The position numbers and the translations under genes were made by a program. 64,000 bases of DNA from Camelus ferus (lineage: Eukaryota): the NCBI RefSeq assembly GCF_009834535.1, contig NC_045697.1:65412001-65476000 (forward strand), in the 5' to 3' direction. This document shows, piece after piece, positions 1 through 11,098 of this stretch (within the stretch, counting starts at the first letter, position 1; each line of letters opens with the position of its first letter). The notes below the pieces were generated by a model. That model did no database searches, was not told the DNA's origin, and saw only the letters and a program-made list of their open reading frames with translations.

Positions 1-7
1 TTAGGCA

Positions 8-275
8 GAATATATTGTAAATTAAATAAGTTGGTTAAGAATGTGGGCAGTGCAATTAGGACCATTTTACATGGATAGGCATCCCTGCTCTACCACTTGA
101 AGCTCTTAAGTCTGGTTAATAAGTTAGTTAACACCACTGTATCTCTTATATTTCTGCACAAGAAACGTAACGCCATCGAACTCAGAGAATTGTGGTGAGA
201 TTACATGAGATCATGTGTGCATAGCGCTTAGAGCAGTGCCAGGTCCATAGTAAGCTTTTGATTAATGTTAGCCTG
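8..275 (+). mobile_element. MIR SINE
   Basis: MIR core and 3' end motifs: gttggttaagaatgtgggc...ctctaccactt...ttgtggtgagattacatgagatcatgtgtg...gcttagagcagtgcc...catagtaagc. Confidence 0.8.
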
Positions 276-424
276 AGTTAATAATCACAGTGTGACAAGA
301 AAATATTCAGAAGCAATTAGTCATTTGCACATGCAAAATATTGTATAGTGTTATTTTAAATATTAATAGCACAATTAATAATAGCCTTATTAGCAAAAAA
401 AAAAAAGACAACACAAAGACTTCT

Positions 425-475
425 AACAGCCTGGTATTATAAGCACTGAATAAATATTTGTTAAATGAATAAATA
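425..475 (+). mobile_element. L2 LINE 3' end fragment
   Basis: cagcctgg...gcactgaataaatatttgttaaatgaataaat, the typical L2 tail. Confidence 0.55.
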
Positions 476-794
476 AAACATTGTTTTCTTGAAGAGTTAT
501 GTTCACCTTGTTAATTTTTGAGAAAATACCCACTAAATATGTAAGAATAACCCTTTATGGTTGCAAGTAGATCTTTCAAGGTAAAAATAGCATTCTATGA
601 GAAAAGTAGCTAGTTTAGCTTGCAAGGTGCCTAAGTGCTTTTCCTCATGACAACTATCACGCTTGTAAGTAGCAGAATTGCTTTATGTATACCTAGGGTA
701 TTAAAAGATATGTACTCAGGGTCAAGTTAAATAAAAGTAATGATATGTAATGTTTCATCAAAGCCATTTTTGATTTTTTTTTTTTTTCTTTTAA

Positions 795-1017
795 ACTGGG
801 AGCACTCAGTACTGGAGAATGTCACATCCCCAGGATGGTTGGTACCTGTCCTTGATCTGTGCTGAAGTGTATCACTTCACTCACCACTGTTTTTGCTCCA
901 ACGGTGCAAATGTCAATACAGCAAAAAGGGCAAATAAATCCTTGGATTATTATGAAAATATCTGGGGCCTTGAAGAACTCTTAAAGAGGTTTTGGGATTG
1001 CACTTTGAGAATTGCTG
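795..1017 (+). mobile_element. hAT-Charlie DNA transposon terminus (Charlie1-like)
   Basis: gcaaatgtcaatacagcaaaaagggcaaataa...tattatgaaaata...cactttgagaattgctg matches the recalled Charlie1 end and TIR. Confidence 0.7.
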
Positions 1018-1321
1018 GCCTATAAATACAAAACTTATCTAAATATAAATATGAAGCATTTCATAATAAGAAACAAATGTTATTTTTTTTAAAAGATGTT
1101 AAATGTTTAACCCAACTGACCTAACTTCCCAAACAACCTCTTTTGGATGTATCATTTATTAATTTGTCTCAACTATTTAAATACATTTTTATATGTTTCA
1201 TCTCTAATTATTTGGATGGTAGTAAGATCATACATTGTTTAACTTTCAAAATGGAAGAGTTCAGTTATTCTCTGATTTGTTCCCTTTTTAAGTTTAAACT
1301 GAGATTTGTTAGTCTTGTTTT

Positions 1322-1445
1322 GGGGGAGGGTATAGCTCAAGTGATAAGAGTGCATGCTTAGCATGCACGAGGTCCTGGGTTCAATCCCCAGTACCTCCTT
1401 TAAAAATAAATAAACCTAATTACCTCCCCTCCCCACCAAAATTAA
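1322..1445 (+). mobile_element. tRNA-Ala(AGC)-derived camelid SINE (Vic-1 type)
   Basis: ggggagggtatagctcaagtg...gcttagcatgcacgaggtcctgggttcaatccccagtacctcc has Pol III A and B boxes and an AGC anticodon loop. It is followed by an A-rich tail with aaacctaattacctcccc. Confidence 0.88.
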
Positions 1446-1973
1446 ATAATCAAATAATACAATAATTTTTAAAACGTTAATACAAAGAACAGCCAATTAA
1501 AAATAATTAAATAAATTTAAAATGATTGAATAGATGCTTTATACACATTGAATGTGTTTTAGAATCATAGTTACCCTTAAGAAAATTGTATGTTGATAAT
1601 GATAACATAGAATACAAATGAATGGTGGTTATCTTCTTATTGGATTTATTTTAAAACTGCAACTTCTAAATTAAAGATTCTGGGTTTTTTTTGTTTGTTT
1701 GTTTATCAAAGTACCACACAAGCTGGTTTTTATTCTTTGTTATGTAATACAATATACAGTTTGGTCAGTGCTTATAATATCACCACAATTATTTGATAAA
1801 TTTACTATGTCTCAGGTTACCTAGCTATTTATTATTGAATTAGACTGATTACAGTCAGTTCTCTTTGTTCTGATGTTATTATTGTTGTCATGAAATGTTT
1901 TCTCCTAAAAGGCACATTCACTTAGATCATCAGTTGTCAGTCAGAAGACAAAGGATGGTAAAGTGAAAATAAA

Positions 1974-2055
1974 ATTCATTAATTCAACCAATATTTATTG
2001 AGGGCTACCAACAAAAAGACCATTTGTTAGAAGCTTTGAAGTGTACAAAGATGTC
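1974..2055 (-). mobile_element. L2 3' end fragment
   Basis: ttcattaattcaaccaatatttattgagggctac is the reverse of the L2 tail. Confidence 0.6.
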
Positions 2056-2870
2056 ACTAAGTAACCTGGAACCTAGTAAAGATGTCAAAATAAAGTAGAT
2101 GAGAGGGGCTGTGAAACACACTGATAAAATCTGGAGTCCGGGGGTTGGGGCGGGGAGGAATTACTCGCAAGTTGGAAAAACATGGTTTTGCTCTGAAATG
2201 ATAAAATTTGTTTTTTATGTTTTTAGTTTTCAACCATACTTTAACTTAGATCTCTTCAGTTCTCACATCGTACATTATTAAAGGTAAACATTTTATACAT
2301 GCTGTTCAAAGTATTATAAAGTTACCAAGTACAGTGCAGTCTTCCAAACATATGCTAAAACAGGGGGTAAGCAGTTGAAACAGTTGTAATGTTATCTTCT
2401 CTCTAGGAGATAAATGTAGGCAGTCAAGTGAGTAAAGCCTGAATTTTACACCATTTATTTGGAATAAATTGTGGTTAAGAGCCCCACTGGCCTCATGAGT
2501 ACAGCACTCAGGGCCTCAGAAGATCTTGTCTTCTAGTTCTGTTCCATCACTACTCGGCAGAGTCACTCTAAGGGAGCAATGCAAATATAATGGCCTTTTT
2601 TTTTTTTTTCCATTTACAATGTTTAATTTGTATTACACACACAGAGGTAAAAAAAAAATTGGAATTACAGGTAAACTTTATTTTCAAATAATTTGACTAT
2701 TTGTGTATGTTCATCTTCTGTATGTTTTCTGAATGTAAATATAAAAACCTAACATTTCAGTGGCAGTTTAACAAGCCGCTTTATGGGACTTATGCCTATT
2801 TCCAAATAAAACCAACAATACATTCAACTACACAGTATTTTAAAGAGAAACTAATTATAATGGTTTCTCT

Positions 2871-3400
2871 TGCTGAGAGACAATTCTGCATGAATATTTC
2901 ATGTTACTGCGATCTGGGCTTTCCGAACAAAAAGCTGGCAAAATTTGGTTAAAGGATGATTGAATAGCAAACATGTTCTAGAAGCTCAAAATTGTGTTGC
3001 TTCAGAGAGATTTACAAACTATCTTCCCCAGAGCCATTTGTTTATGCTCCAGTGTGGTGAAAATAGAGACTATTTCTTTACATTCCAGAATAAGAGTTTC
3101 TCTCAGTCTAGGAGTAGATGGTCTGCTGTGCCAGCCACCCTTTGTAAGTTCTGAGTCTTACAAGTCTCCAGTGGTTCCACACTACTGTGTGCTCAGGGTA
3201 ACATCAGACTCTCCCCGCATTGCCCCACAGGGATCAAAGCTAAGGAACCAGCACTAACATGCAGTGTGAGCAATAAATGATCTGTTATCTGATCCACAGA
3301 CTTGTGTTTTCCGTCAGAATATCTGTCTGTCTATGGCTGGCTGGCTGTCTTTCTGTTATCTGTCCATCCATCCATCTGTCTAAACTTAGAGACTCCTACT
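2871..3400 (+). mobile_element. ERVL solo LTR (LTR40-like)
   Basis: Begins tgctgagagacaattctgcatg (LTR40-type 5' end). AATAAA at 3272-3277 is followed by tctgatcc...cttgtgttttcc, as in the LTR40 R/U5 region. Confidence 0.6.
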
Positions 3401-5499
3401 TATATTGTTGGTTTAGATTATTTGGAAATCCTGTGACTTTCTTTTTTTCTTCTTAGCTGTAAGTGAGCCATGCCAACTGAAATAGAATTATGGTTTCATA
3501 AAGCAAATATTGCTTTTTAAGTTTTACTAATTTTATTTGAAGGTTAAGAAAATAATACTTCATGTTAAGTACATTAATTACTTCTTATAGTCTTCTTCCC
3601 TCAATGTTTGTATTGCATTCACACTCAGTGATCTCAAAATGATTATTAACTTGCAAAGTAGCTTTTTAAGTATGCTAATAAAGGAAAAAAATAAAATATT
3701 ATTGATATTTATGTTGAGCTACTGAAAAGAAAATATGCACTTATTTTTACAAAAATAAAATTTAATGTTTCAATTTCTCCATAAAAATTTAGAAATATTT
3801 TCTGATTCAGGGCAGTACCTTGAAAATAATATTTTAAATTATGCCTGTGAGACAGAACCCTGTTAATCTGCCTTATATTGACTGGGAATTTAATATATGA
3901 GGACAATTGTAGAAAAAGAATGGTGTGTAGAGACAGTTAATGACACTAATCAATCAGACAAGACAACACTGCATATACAGATAGGATCTTTACTCGAGGT
4001 ATTTTTTTCCTTAGGAAAAGTACAGCTTTTCTTTGGGAAAATTGAGATTTGGTCACACTTCAGAGCCTTTGATAAGTCCTTTGATATTCAGCAAGAAAGA
4101 AAAAGGCATGTAGCTTTTGCAAAGAGAATCAGGAAAATAATACCGGTTTCAGCAAAAGGGCATTGTTTTATGTACTCTACCACACGTTACTCAGAATGTC
4201 AAGAGGCCTCTTCATTAAACTAGAGTAAATGTATATTGTTTGAGAACAAACACAATACACATATGAAAATAATAACTAAACTAAAATAATACAACATAGA
4301 AATTGCTTTGTATATATTAGTCAATAGTTTTTTAAGTTGAATAGAAGGAGTGCAGTAAATAAACCACATGGGGAATGTTACTTACAGCCAAATATTTGTC
4401 CTTATAGTACCTTCAAGATATCACTCTAGTAAGCGGAGAAAGTACAGTTTGGTGTGGATGTAAATAAGGATTTTTGCAAAAGGGGATGTTTTGCTCAATT
4501 TAAACAGTGACATCCAAGGTAATACTGCCCTATTCTAGGGGCTTTTATTTGAATGCAGTATTTGCCAGCTTTGATGGAAGTCCGTATTCAAAATATGGTG
4601 GGCCACTGTGAATGTAAAAATAATTTTTAGTAAATTTCTTTAAGAGCTTTAATCAACCGATGGATGTGGACAGTAATAGTGTTCTGATAGTTCCATAAAA
4701 CAGGACACCTGCTTCCCAGTATAAGGGAGGAAGTCTTGGGGCAGTGCCTATAGAATGACAGCTATAACAAGAGCACTTTTCTCCCTAAAAGTTGACTGCA
4801 GAACAAGGTATGAATGTAGCTGTAAAGTTTATAGACAAGGAAATGACTGAGATACCATATGAAAGTGAATTTAGATATTTGAAAGATTTCAGGGAGTTGA
4901 TATCCAGAATTTCTGGGTGAATTTGTTCAATATGCTGATGTGTGTGGGCCAAGGGGAAGATGAGCTAAATTCAGGAGGGAGGGGATGGGAAGCTCTGGGT
5001 GAGGAGTCAGATTTGGTGGATACTTCTGGGGGTAGAGTGGGGAGTTTTTTATGAGGTCCTTCCAATGCTGAGAAAGGCTTAGTTGGAGGAAGTGTGAAAC
5101 CTAACCAGTGGGAAGTGAGAAAAATTTCCTAGGAATAGTGCAATTATTTGGATGTGGGAAATACTGGATAGAAAAAAATTATAAGGAGAATAATGCAAAA
5201 AAAACTGTTGGAATTTAGAATGTAAATAAAAAGGAAACCAGTCTGAGGACCAAGTGAGGATGGGTCAAACCAAGGTGATGAAACAGGAGCTGCCAGCACA
5301 ACATCTTATTTAATAGTAGCCTTTGTGGTGTATCAGACCTTTATTGGCTCTTGCCTGTATTGTTTTAATAACTTTCTCTTGGATACAGCACACCTGTAAT
5401 CCATGCATAAGATTACTTCCAGACTCAAAAGTCTAAACCATGAGTTAATAATCTAGTCATGATTCCAGGCTCACATGATCCAAGGGCCACATCCTCAAG

Positions 5500-5700
5500 C
5501 TCACTCATCTGGAATTAATCTTTCTGTTGCTTTCCCAAAGAACTTTGGTTGGATTTCCATTTCAATAATTAATTTAAATCAACGTAAAGTTATTATTTGC
5601 TTATGTACATGTCTCTAGCATGTGGTTGGAAACTTCTTTAAGGTTATGATTCTTCTTGCTGATATTTTATTCTTAGTTTGTTTAATAAAAGCACAACTGA
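5500..5700 (+). mobile_element. degraded L2 3' region
   Basis: ttatttgcttatgtacatgtctc...aaacttctttaagg...tattttattc, a weak L2 3' UTR pattern. Confidence 0.4.
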
Positions 5701-7599
5701 ACAAAAGAGATTCTCTATTTGAAGGAGAGAATGCCCAGGCTAAGCCAGAGGTAAAAATGAGTTGCAATTAGCGGAATACTAGATTTCTGGTGGTTGGCTC
5801 TGGAGAAAGTCTTTTCTGATTAGGCAGAGATATGATGGTAGACTTAGAAAGAAATTTTTAGTTTTTTAAACCTTTCCAAAACTGAGATTGCTCATTTTAT
5901 TCATCTCAATAGTTTAATTTTTAAATCACCCCTTGCTATACTGAAGATTGATTTTTCAGTTCTGGAATCCAGCGAACTGCAGGGGTCAGGGGCGTGTCAT
6001 TAGAGAAGAAGAGAAAGTGTAGGAAAATTATAATCTATGGTCCACGTTCTGCAGGGCCTACCACCTAGCTATTTCCCTAAAGTGTTATTAGGAAGGAGAA
6101 GTTAACCAAAGTTTGCGCCAAAATAAAACCTTTCTGAAGAAGCTACCTTTTGCATTAGTGATTTAAAAATATATGGATGCCTTCAGCAGATTGATAATCT
6201 TATATACTTTCAAGTTGATATTTTGAAAATATTTGCTACATATTTATAGAGGGGAAGTGATTGACTATTATTAAAAATAATATGGAAAAGCAGATTAACC
6301 TGGTATTTCATGTTCTAAATAGAATCAACATTCTGGCAAACTGGCAAATATGTTTCCCTTTTTGAGTTTCCAGTTTTTTTCTTGTTTTCTTTTGTGACTT
6401 TTCCCAAACCAATGACTTCTTGGTAAGTAAAAATAAAGTTTAAAATGTACATAATATGATTTAAATTGAAAAGTATTTGTTTTTTAAAAATAGCCTGGCT
6501 TTTGGTAATTTTTGGACTGAGAATTTCGGCAGCTGTACCTGCCTCCTGGCTTCCAGTTAGATATGTCGATATATGGATCTCCACATCCCATTTCTCAGAT
6601 AACCTTGATTTTGGAATAAAAGCATCTTGTGTGTTAGATTCAGTATAGGTCTCTTGAGTCCAATCCAAAGAATTGATGACATTTCTGATCATGTTTACTT
6701 AAGATCCTTGCGGTGTCTTTCTGAGTGATCAAGTAAACATAGACAGGGAAGTGGAGGCACAAAAAATTGTGTTTTTAAAGAGGTCTAGAATCGTATTTTT
6801 CCAGGAAAAGGAATAATACTAACAATAAATGACTTTAAATGCCCTCTTATCTGGCAAATATTCTACAAAATGCTTTAGCTTCTTAATTTTCCCTTGCCAT
6901 TTTCTTCCTTTCTTACCAAATTGATCGAAGCTACCTTAGAATTTATCTCAGCTCACTGCCCTTCACAGTTTATTTAAGCGATCCTTGTCTGAGCTGACCT
7001 TTAGCCTGCTTTGTCAGTGATTCTCCCTAGACCTCTCCTATTTGATTTTTGACCCTGAAAGTCTTGAATCAGATTGATCAATTAATAGCTCCAGATCTTA
7101 ATCAGAGAATGTAAACTATTTTGCGCGGTAATTGCCTTGATTCTCAAAAAAGGAAAAGAAAAGAAAAATAGTCAGTTTACCTTAAATATAATCATCAACT
7201 TTCCAAATTGCTGATAATGATTTTGTGATCAACTAAAACCAGTTGAAATAGTCCTACATTTCTCTAAAAGGTACATGATAAAGAATATTCATAAAGAAAA
7301 GGGAAAACTGCATGACTTTACCACCACTTTTACTTCCAGATGTCTTTTGATTCTCTTCAAACTAATTTTACACACACAAATACGAACCCCATTGTATTAA
7401 GTAATTTCTGAATTTTTTTCAACTTTTTTGCCAGAGGCCTGTTCACATTATACATGCAGGTCTTGCTGGCAATTCAACATAGTAACTTGACTGAGTTCTG
7501 CCAAAGAATAACTGTTCCATTAAGATGCAAAATCTTGAACATCTTCCTAAATTTCACAGATTACTTATCAGAGAATATAATGTAAATAGCTGTAACACC

Positions 7600-7950
7600 A
7601 AAAAGCCCCCTCCTCCAGGAACAGGGCCTGACCGGAAGTGGTAGTTTGATTTCAGGTCCTTTGACAAAGCGCACCTGCAGCCTGCTTTATTGTTTCACCT
7701 AAGCTGTGTTTTGTGGTCACCAGAAGTGGCCGCATGACTTGTGAACAGATTACAGCTCCAAACCCATTCTATTCTGTTTCCCGGGTTCACATTCATTTCC
7801 ATGAGAATTAGTGGCTTGATAGAACAGCAGTTTTTTTTCCTGCTGCTGATCCTGGTGGATTGAAACATCTCCAGAACAAGCCACTGCTTCCATATTACGC
7901 CAATTGTGCACTCAGTAGAAGTGGACTTTGGAGGCAGTTTCAACGCTCCT
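7600..7950. promoter_or_regulatory. candidate enhancer (ETS/RUNX/E-box motif cluster)
   Basis: ACCGGAAGTG at 7631-7640 (full ETS consensus), CACCTG at 7672-7677 and TGTGGT at 7712-7717, in non-repetitive sequence with locally raised GC and CpG. Confidence 0.35.
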
Positions 7951-8369
7951 TATTTAATGAAGGCAGGGAAGGGTTTCTGTTTCCATGCATTGTTAAAGGA
8001 TTTCTAAAGTCTAAAAATAGATTTGAATCAATTTGCATAATGGAGAAAGGCAGTGATGAGAAAGGAAAAGAAAAAAGTGAAATTAAGTACTTTGTGACTG
8101 TTTTGGGGAACTTACTGGAAATCAGACTTTCTTATAGTGTATATAAATGGTTTGTCACCAGTGAAATAAGAATTTTGCCAAAATGATTCTCACAACTATA
8201 AGCAATTGAAGTGTTGCTTTCCTGACTACATCACTTAATGAAAATAGCTTGGTACAAATTGTGCCAGGAAATTTCGTCTTGAAATCTGAGAGTAGGTAAG
8301 AGTTCATATCTAAAATAAATAAATGGTTCCTTAGCTACATACAGATTTTTAACAAAGGGCCATCCAGTC

Positions 8370-8650
8370 TACAATATCTGACCCTCATCCTGCCCTACCG
8401 TGTACTCACCTCCTCTACTCCTTCTCTGCGTTGTTTTTACTTTAGCATGTTATGTGTTTTACCCACTGAACAACGTGGTGTGTGTGTGTATTTATGCACG
8501 TACATATATTATTACTGTCCGAATTTTCCGTCGTACTGCACGCTCCTAAAGGGCAGGGATGTTTTCTTTTGAACTCCCTGCTGTTCCTGCAGTTCCTAGA
8601 GCAGAGCCTGGCGTATCACTGTGCTCAGCCAGTGTCTGCTGAGTGAGTGC
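8370..8650 (+). mobile_element. L2a 3' end
   Basis: gctcctaaagggcagggatgttttc...gttcctagagcagagcctggcg...gctcagccagtgtctgctgagtgagtg. Confidence 0.75.
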
Positions 8651-9949
8651 AACTGAAGACTCTGCTGCAGAGTGAAGCCTGGGGAGGCCTGTGATGCTTC
8701 TTTTCCAAAGAATGAAAGATGCCCATCACTTAGAGTGTGAGGCCTTGGCTTTGGAAAATGAGGCCCGAGATCCATGCAACCTAGTGTGCCTGGGGCAGCT
8801 TTCCTCACAGTGAGATCAGCAGTCAACAGGATTCAGCAAACACCTTCCTTAAGGTAAAATTACACAATGACACAGTAAGTGTGAGAAGGGGAAATGGACC
8901 TCCCCCTTGGTGGCAAGAGTATTTATTACTGAAGCTGTGTACAGTTGTTCTGGTATCTTGAGAATAAAACTGGGTAGACTTTGAACTGTTTTATTAGTTG
9001 TTTATAAATACTTTCCAGGGACTCTGTCTCCTTACTGCCTGCACAGGGCACATAGCTGCCCACTTACACCGCCACCCCCACCCCCACCCTGTACTCCACT
9101 GGGAGGAGAGGAATGAGATAAGATATATATTATCAATCTTATTTATCTATTCAACTAATATTTATTGGGGAGATAAAACAACAGAATTTGGTACAGTCAA
9201 AGATGGGTAAGTAAAGGAAGGAACCTGTAAGTTTTGGGTTTGTCAAGTCAGATATATTGTCATTTATCAGAGTAGAGAATAATGAAAAATGCGCAGTTTG
9301 TGTGGAAAGTGCTAAGGTTGTTCTGTGACAGGTTGATTTGGAGATATCAGATTTCCCAAATTCATACTGTGCCATCTGTTAATAAAGCAAAGTTAAATGT
9401 ATTGAAACTTCCTGCCTTGAAAGAGCCTAAGTGTCTCAAAAGGGGGAAGTTAGAAGTGAGATACTTTTTAAACTTTGGGGTCTAGGATCAAGAAATTTAA
9501 GGTGGGTTTTTTCAAGATAGAGAACTAACTGAAATTAGGCAAAATTCATGAAATAATACTTTAGGATTGTTGGGCACAGCAAAACAAGGTTCATGAAGTT
9601 GGTCTTGAGCAGTAAACTTTCTCAGGTGAGCAGACTGCTGTCTCTAAATTGGTTTGCAAGAATTTTCTGAAGCAAACAATGGAGTTATTCGTAGAACTAC
9701 AGTTTTATCTTTTCCATGCAAAGGTTTGCTGGAAAAAACAACTAGGATACTTTGACATGTGTGGTCTCAGTTCTCAGTGGCAGCTTTTGAGACATCCAAG
9801 GGCACATTTGGAGAAACAGTCAGCATTCGGAGAGATAGTATAAAATTTAGAGGTAATTATTACATAAATTATAATAAAGATCGGGAGGTGGTTCTGTTCA
9901 AGATTTCTGAAGGAAAGAAAAGAAGTAGCCTAGGATTGACAATAGCGGA

Positions 9950-10380
9950 AAGTCAGCATTTAACAGCACATTATTGGAAAATGAGCATTGGAAGGATATT
10001 GGGAAGTGGTCAGAAGTGTGTGAAGGTGAACAGGAGCCTGTAAAGGGGGGACTTCAGGAAGTGGAACGTGATGATCAAGGACAGATGCTGCCGAACGCTC
10101 AGTAATATGAGGACTTGGAAATGTCCAGTTAGTAATTTGAAGGTCATTGTTAATCTTAGTGTGAGCTATTTGGGTGAATTTTTAGAGGCAAAAAACAAAC
10201 AAACAAACAAACAAAATCCAGATTAGAAAAGATGAAAAAAGGAATGAGTAGAGAGGAAATTGAAGGTACTTCAAGAATTGTAACTGAGCAAGAGAAGAGA
10301 AAGATAAGTTGGTAATTCTAGGAATATAAGAAGTTGATTTTTCTTCAGGTGGAAGAGATTTGAATATATTTAAATATGCA
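9950..10380 (-). mobile_element. L2 internal fragment containing an (AAAC)n tract
   Basis: cagatgctgccgaacgctcagtaatatgaggact...gaaggtcattgttaatctt...ccagatt matches antisense L2 ORF2. (AAAC)n at ~10191-10215. Confidence 0.7.
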
Positions 10381-10454
10381 TATTCTCACTCCATAATCTT
10401 ATAAAGGTAAATTTAGCCTTTCTTCTTTCTGTCCTTCCTTTCTTTGATGTACTG

Positions 10455-10530
10455 ATTCATTCATTCATTTTATCCAACAAAGAACATAGACCTTGGCGCT
10501 AAGGAACTTACAGTCTCTTGGAAGAAATAT
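10455..10530 (-). mobile_element. L2 3' fragment
   Basis: attcattcattcatt...ccaacaaa...ctaaggaacttacagtct. Confidence 0.5.
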
Positions 10531-10716
10531 GTTGAAGGGAAATGTGAGTAGGTGTATGAATGCCCTATCCCTGTAGTGCATTAGTATAAATGTACTTTAA
10601 GGTTTTTTTTAATTATTTCACAAAGTGATGAGTTTGCATTGCCTTACAATGTAATATTCAACAAAAGATTGGATTGTGTTTTGAAGCCTCTGAACCAAAT
10701 TTCTTCCAGACATCAC

Positions 10717-10788
10717 TGGCTCATACAGGGATAAAACTTGTGACCTGGAGCTCATTAACACCATGAAACAATCAAGTGAACTAGCAGA
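10717..10788 (-). mobile_element. MamSINE1-like ancient tRNA-derived SINE head
   Basis: tggctcatacagggataaaacttgtgacctggagctcattaacaccatg...aatcaagtgaacta aligns by eye to the reverse complement of the recalled MamSINE1 tRNA-like head. Confidence 0.6.
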
Positions 10789-11044
10789 TACAAACCTAAG
10801 ACAAAAAAGAACAGTATTTTTTTTATTAATTGTAAAAGACTAAATTGAGGGTGGGAAAATAAGATTTCCATCTGTTGAGGCAATGTGCTCTTTAAGGTTC
10901 AACTGAAATTACTATTCAATCAAATCTGCTTCCATTTCAATGTTAAAAATACTCGCTTTCTCCAAACCCCTTAAAGCAGAGATGCTATACATCAGCCTGA
11001 ATACACATAGGAAGTCATGCTGCATTCTCACATTGCTAATTGGA

Positions 11045-11098
11045 TTTTTTTTAAACATTTTTTATTGATTTATAATCATTTTACAATGTGGTGTCAAA
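11045..11098 (-). mobile_element. extremely 5'-truncated young L1 (about 50 bp)
   Basis: aacattttttattgatttataatcattttacaatgtggtgtcaaat is nearly identical to the 3' terminus of the L1 at 31672-31725 in this window. Imperfect flanking repeats at 11034-11049 and 11099-11114. Confidence 0.85.

Noticed and set aside
1322..1400. tRNA-Ala(AGC) gene
   Set aside because: The acceptor and anticodon stems have mismatches, and an A-rich SINE tail follows instead of a T-run terminator. A second copy with a TSD at 24973 confirms a SINE family.
2140..2158. GC box / G-quadruplex as a promoter
   Set aside because: A single GGGGCGGGG in AT-rich DNA, only three G3+ runs, and no CpG island.
6315..6692. 125-aa minus-strand ORF
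   Set aside because: No recognisable domain, runs through low-complexity A/T tracts, and has no supporting exon structure.
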